From NCBI GenBank assembly GCA_010093605.1, contig MU004183.1, forward strand, positions 186,001 through 250,000: a stretch of 64,000 bases of DNA, given 5' to 3'. The notes under the pieces were generated by a model. That model searched no databases and was not told the DNA's origin. It saw only the letters and a list, made by a program, of their open reading frames with translations. The stretch comes from Lophium mytilinum. Its lineage: Eukaryota. Of this stretch, positions 59,504 through 64,000 are shown in pieces. Both the position numbers and the translations under genes were made by a program. How positions within the stretch are numbered: the first letter of the stretch is position 1; each line of letters begins with the position of its first letter.

Positions 59504-62500
59504 TCACGCAACCTGTGCCGCTTTCGGCTCCTCAGGCTTATCCTCATACTTCTCCCAGTTCGCCAAGATATTGCCAATCTTCGGCGAGTTAGTCAGCTTG
59601 TACACATCCTCAAAGTACTCCTTGGTGAGCGCAAACGGCTTGGCCGTCACGTTGGGGATGTATTTGCCGACTAGCTTGGACGGGTCGATCGACGTCTTGT
59701 GAATCTTCTTGAGCAAGAAGCTTCGGAAGGGCTTCACACCAGATCGGAGGAAAGTGCTGTGGAATGGCACGTCGATGCCCTTGAGTGGAATGGTCGCGAA
59801 CCCACGCTGGAGGTCTAGCGGCTTCGGCTTCGCCTCCGTCTGCTTCGCGCACTCCTTGATGATCTCAACCAGGTGAGCCTTCACATCTTCCAGGGACATG
59901 CTGCCCATCAGGGCCTGGATGTCGATCTTCTGTGCTTTGAGGTAGTTGAGCACGTTGGTGAGGCAGTCGAGCGCACGGAGATCGCCAGCGCAGACGTATT
60001 GCATGTTGGCGATGTTGTAGTTAACAATCTCCAGGAGCCAGTCGGTTTCCTCGGAGATGTTCTCGACAACGTATTGCAGCGCTTGCTCGTTGAAGGTCTT
60101 GGAGATCCTGCTTGGGTTGACGGCGCACATAGAGTAGTTGGATCGGCCAGTCTCGTCACGTTCCACAGCGACCTGCATAGTCAAGCCACGGTAGAACACG
60201 ACGGAAACCAAACTCTCGATAGGCATGACTTCTGCAAGCGCAGCCAGAGCAGAGTACTCTCCCAGCGAGTGGCCAGCAAAGCTGCTATCACGCTGCACTA
60301 GTCCCTTGGAGATCATGTCTTCGAAAGAGGCCTTCTCCATGAGGGTCAGAGCAGGTTGCGTGAACTGGGTGGCGGAAAGAAGACCTGTCGGGGATCGATA
60401 TGTGTACGAGGTCGTGTTTTCGTCAATCTCCTTGAAGATCTTCTCGGACTTGATTGTGCCATCAGCGCTAACAGTCTCAAAGGTCATTGACATGTAGTTC
60501 TGGCGAATCGCCTTGCCGCGGGGTCCACCAAAGTGAATGGTAAGCTCGTTCGGGTTGTTTTTGACGATGTTGGTAATAGCAAAACCTAGAGTATGTCAGT
60601 AAGAGAATAATAACATGCAGATGATGAGGGAACCTACCATAGTTGTCCATGAAATGCTTGTCAGCACGATCCCACACATCTTTCGCAACCGGGCTGCTGG
60701 CATAGAGATCCATACCCATGCCCTGCTCCTGTGAGCCTTGTCCGGTGAAGACATAAGCGGAGGTTGGCTGTTCGACTTCAGCCTCGCCGAGGAGGACCTT
60801 GGTGTCAGTCTCCTTATTCGAGGCCTCAATCTTGATGATCTTGCGACCAGAGATCATGCCAACATGCTCGAGCTTGACATCGATAATGTCATCCGGAAGA
60901 ACCATGCCAACCAGAGAAGCATGGAAGCTACGCACGCGGCCGATGTGATTCTCAGCAGCCCAGGTCTCAACCAGGCTTCGAACGGCAGCGCTGGAATACA
61001 TTCCGTGGGTAATGGTTCCAGGAAGGTTGGCATAGCTGGAGAACACCCTAGAAACGTGAATGGGATTGTAATCTCCAGAGACACGGGCATAGGTCTCGTT
61101 GGAAGCAGGGGCCTTCAATGTGAGGGGAGTCTTTCCGTTCAACGGAATGGGGTTCTCGAAATTGACAGCCTGATCAATGGTTGCTCCGTTACGTTGAAGG
61201 TAGTCCAAGACGGGATTGCCATATGAGAAGCCAGACTCGTATTCGACAGAGCCAATCTGGATGATTTCCTTAGTGGGAAGTTCGAGAAGTACCTCACCAA
61301 CGGTTTGAACGGAGCTGAAGGCAGTCTTGTTCTTGTACCGAATGAGACTTTGGAGCTTGAAGGTCAAGGTCTTGTTTAGAAGCTCGATGCCCGGTTCCTC
61401 GAGGTTGAACCATTCCTTGGATCGAAGGATAGCAACGTCCTTGGAGGTGCCGAGGTGCAGCTGCATGGGAGTCTCGTTCTTCCTCTGGAATGTAGTCTCG
61501 AAGTCTGTGTAGGCTCCACGGTACAAAAACTGGCTGGTGACCTCCATTACAGGCTCGCCATCCCGGGTAATTGTGCCGCAGACTTCGACCATCTTTCCAG
61601 ATTCTTGGTTGATCACTGCATTGATCTGAGCTGTGGTGTCGAGAACGTCTCCTTTCTTGAGAGGCTGAGCGCCTTCGATCATTCGGAAGCCGTTGGAAAG
61701 ATGCACAAGTTTGAGCAGATCTCCGTCGATCGCCTTGGGGAAGATCGGTTTCGTAATAGCCTTCCAGCCAACAACGATGGCAAAATCCATAGGAGCCCAA
61801 ACTTCTTTGCCAGGAAGATCTACAAAGGCTTCTCCAGTATTTCCAACTGCATGGACAAAGTCGTTAATGGCTTCGCTGGTGACAGTTGCTCGGCCACCCT
61901 CGAATCGAGATGTAACAGGAGCGTCGAATGGAACCGGCTCGTCGCCGAACCAGATGCGGTAGTAGAATTCCTTGATCCTGTCGTTCCGAGCCTCCATAAC
62001 CTCTCTGATAGGAGCGTAACCTGTCTCTGGATGATATGTGAATTTGAGCGGAAGGGCAATTGGCTTGTGAGAGAAAGTCCTTTCCTCATACATGTTGACC
62101 AAGATCTCATTGTTCTGGGTCATGCTGATTTCCACAGTTTTAACATGCTTGCCACCGTGATATGGCTCCTTGATGGTGATGGCAGTTTTATCGGGTTGAT
62201 TTGGGTACGCAATTTCAACCATCATGCCAAGGGTTGGCTTGAAAATCCGCTGCATAGGGTTGGTCTGGAATCGCTGCCCTTGAACGAATACGTCGGCGGT
62301 GAAGAAGGCGTGTCTCCACGAGTAAATTTTTCCGGCCAGGAGTTGCATCCAAGATTGCACGTCTGGTAGAGTCGCGTTGGGGGCAGATGAAAGACGATAG
62401 ATGACCTTGTCATCTAGCTGTGAGACGGTCAGACCCTCAACTTCAATGTCTTCGGTGGCACCAAGCAGCTTGCTGCCGAAGTATTCGATGACGGGGATCT

Positions 62501-64000
62501 TGGATTCATCTCCACCGTACACATCTTGGATCAAGCTCTTGATGTGGCCTTCGTGAACGCCATCCAAAATGTCCTTGACAGGTTCGTCAACGACCTTGGA
62601 GTATCTGACGGACATAGGACCTTGCAAAATACAGGTCCTGCCAACATCTTGATCGACAACTGCTTCAAGGTCCTCGGATTGCCATAGAGAGTCCTTCTTG
62701 AAGAAGAATTCAAATGTGTCATCCAATACTGGGACGAATGGTACAGGCTTCTGGCCGCGGCGTTGACAGAGGAGGAGGAAATGCTGAACATCTTGAGCGT
62801 TGATGAGCTGGTCTTCCGCCTCTGGGTACTCTTTAAGAACCTTTTCGACAATCGGGAAAGGCGTGTTTAGTTCGTCGTAGCTTTGGATGATTGATTCCCT
62901 ATCCACTTTACTGAAACGTTCTTCCACGCGGCGAATGAAGTCCACAGTGAGACGCTTCAAGCTCGGATCAATCCACCTTGATTCATGCTTGACATACATC
63001 AGGTCGACCATTCGTCGGATGACTTCACCATAGGTCATATCTTCCAGATCAACAGATTCGCCAGCCTTGTTGCGACCAAACCAGACCTTTTGAAAGTCGT
63101 CGTTGAGCTTCTTGGTGATGTAATCGCGCTTCTTCTTGAGCACCGGGATGCGCTTGGCCTTGTCGAGAGCGAAGATCTCCTTGTCCATCTCGGACCAGAA
63201 TAAGACACCGCGAGTTGCAAGTTTGTGGATCGGCTCGCCCATCTCAGAGCGGACTGTAATGATTCCACCAGCTGGGCCTTTGTAGGTCTTCTCCCAGTCG
63301 GCATCGTCCACACCTTCGGCATCGACAATGGCTTGCTTGGCGTTCTTGGAAGTATGAGCTTCCTTAGCAGTCATGACACGGCTGCCGAACAAACAACCAT
63401 CGTATGGCATCGGAGGGTATCCAAACTTATTGGACCACGTTCCAGTTAGATATGGATAAGTATCTTCGGCGCCTCCAAAGCCACTGCCGGCGATGAGGAT
63501 AAGGTTATCGCACTTGCGAATTCGGCCGTACATCTGGAGGATGGGCTGGTGGAAATCCTCAAATGAATGATGCCCACCACCACGACCACCAGTCCATTGC
63601 ATCATTACCGGGAATGTTGGGTTCGCCTTCGCGATATTGACGACCGCCTGAATGGCCTCGACTGATCCGGGCTTGAAGGCGATGTGCTTGATACCGAGTG
63701 TCTCGATGTATTCATTGGCAACCTCGATGGATGGCACTCCGGCACCAATGGTGAGACCCTCGATTGGGACACCGTCAGCCCTGAGTTTCCCGATCAAAGG
63801 AATCTGCCAAGCCATGGCACGTGGGTTGACGTAGATCAAGTTGATAGTGATACCACGTCCGGCGGGAATGACCTTTTCGATCTTGGTTATCGCTTCGGTC
63901 ATGGTTTTCTCGTTGTAGTACCCGCCGCCTGCAAGTTCAATTTCGTAGCCAGCGTTCATGGTGGCAGCGACGAAATCCCAGGGGACTGTGCAGGGAGTCA
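59504..64000 (-). CDS. FAS1: Fatty acid synthase beta subunit (5' end outside the window)
   Basis: Open from the window edge to 60638, intron 60637-60586, last exon 60585-59504. Enoyl reductase GGRGGGHHS, dehydratase [22 protein letters not shown] / AGHSLGEY / IDVPFHS. Confidence 0.97.

Noticed and set aside
52591..64000. Secondary-metabolite cluster built from the MBOAT gene and FAS beta
   Set aside because: The FAS looks like the primary-metabolism type, the neighbours are housekeeping genes (DPM1, BRL1), and no PKS, NRPS or P450 is present in the window.

Overview
This is eukaryotic, intron-containing DNA from a filamentous ascomycete (Pezizomycotina; GT-AG introns with CTRAC branch points), with about 23 protein-coding genes. 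The centre (24.6-45.9 kb) is a complete quinate-utilisation cluster: qutR/qutA, qutH/qutC, qutD/qutB and qutG/qutE as four divergent pairs. The cluster carries three extra genes: a PEP2-like SnoaL/NTF2-fold protein, a second quinate/shikimate dehydrogenase and a hydroxyquinol-type intradiol dioxygenase. A 16-bp dyad GGnARAnnnnTYTnCC occurs in every divergent promoter and upstream of the dioxygenase, and three cluster enzymes end in PTS1-like tripeptides (ARL, SRI, PKL). Flanking genes are an MscS/EF-hand channel, a HeLo-like-NACHT-ankyrin NLR, a Clg1-like cyclin, RPL7 (hosting an intronic snR39/snR59-type C/D snoRNA), SNF8, two orphan/BTB genes, an HMT1-like ABC half transporter, DPM1, an MBOAT acyltransferase, BRL1/BRR6 and the 3' part of FAS1. 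The least explained structure is three non-coding degenerate tandem arrays: 2 x 115 bp at 0.15-0.38 kb, 8 x ~150 bp at 8.6-9.8 kb (overlapping the NLR stop codon) and 13 x ~180 bp at 54.7-56.9 kb (palindromic ACGG-N6-CCGT core, closed by an inverted copy). Exon coordinates were read by eye and family assignments are from motif recognition; no database search was run.
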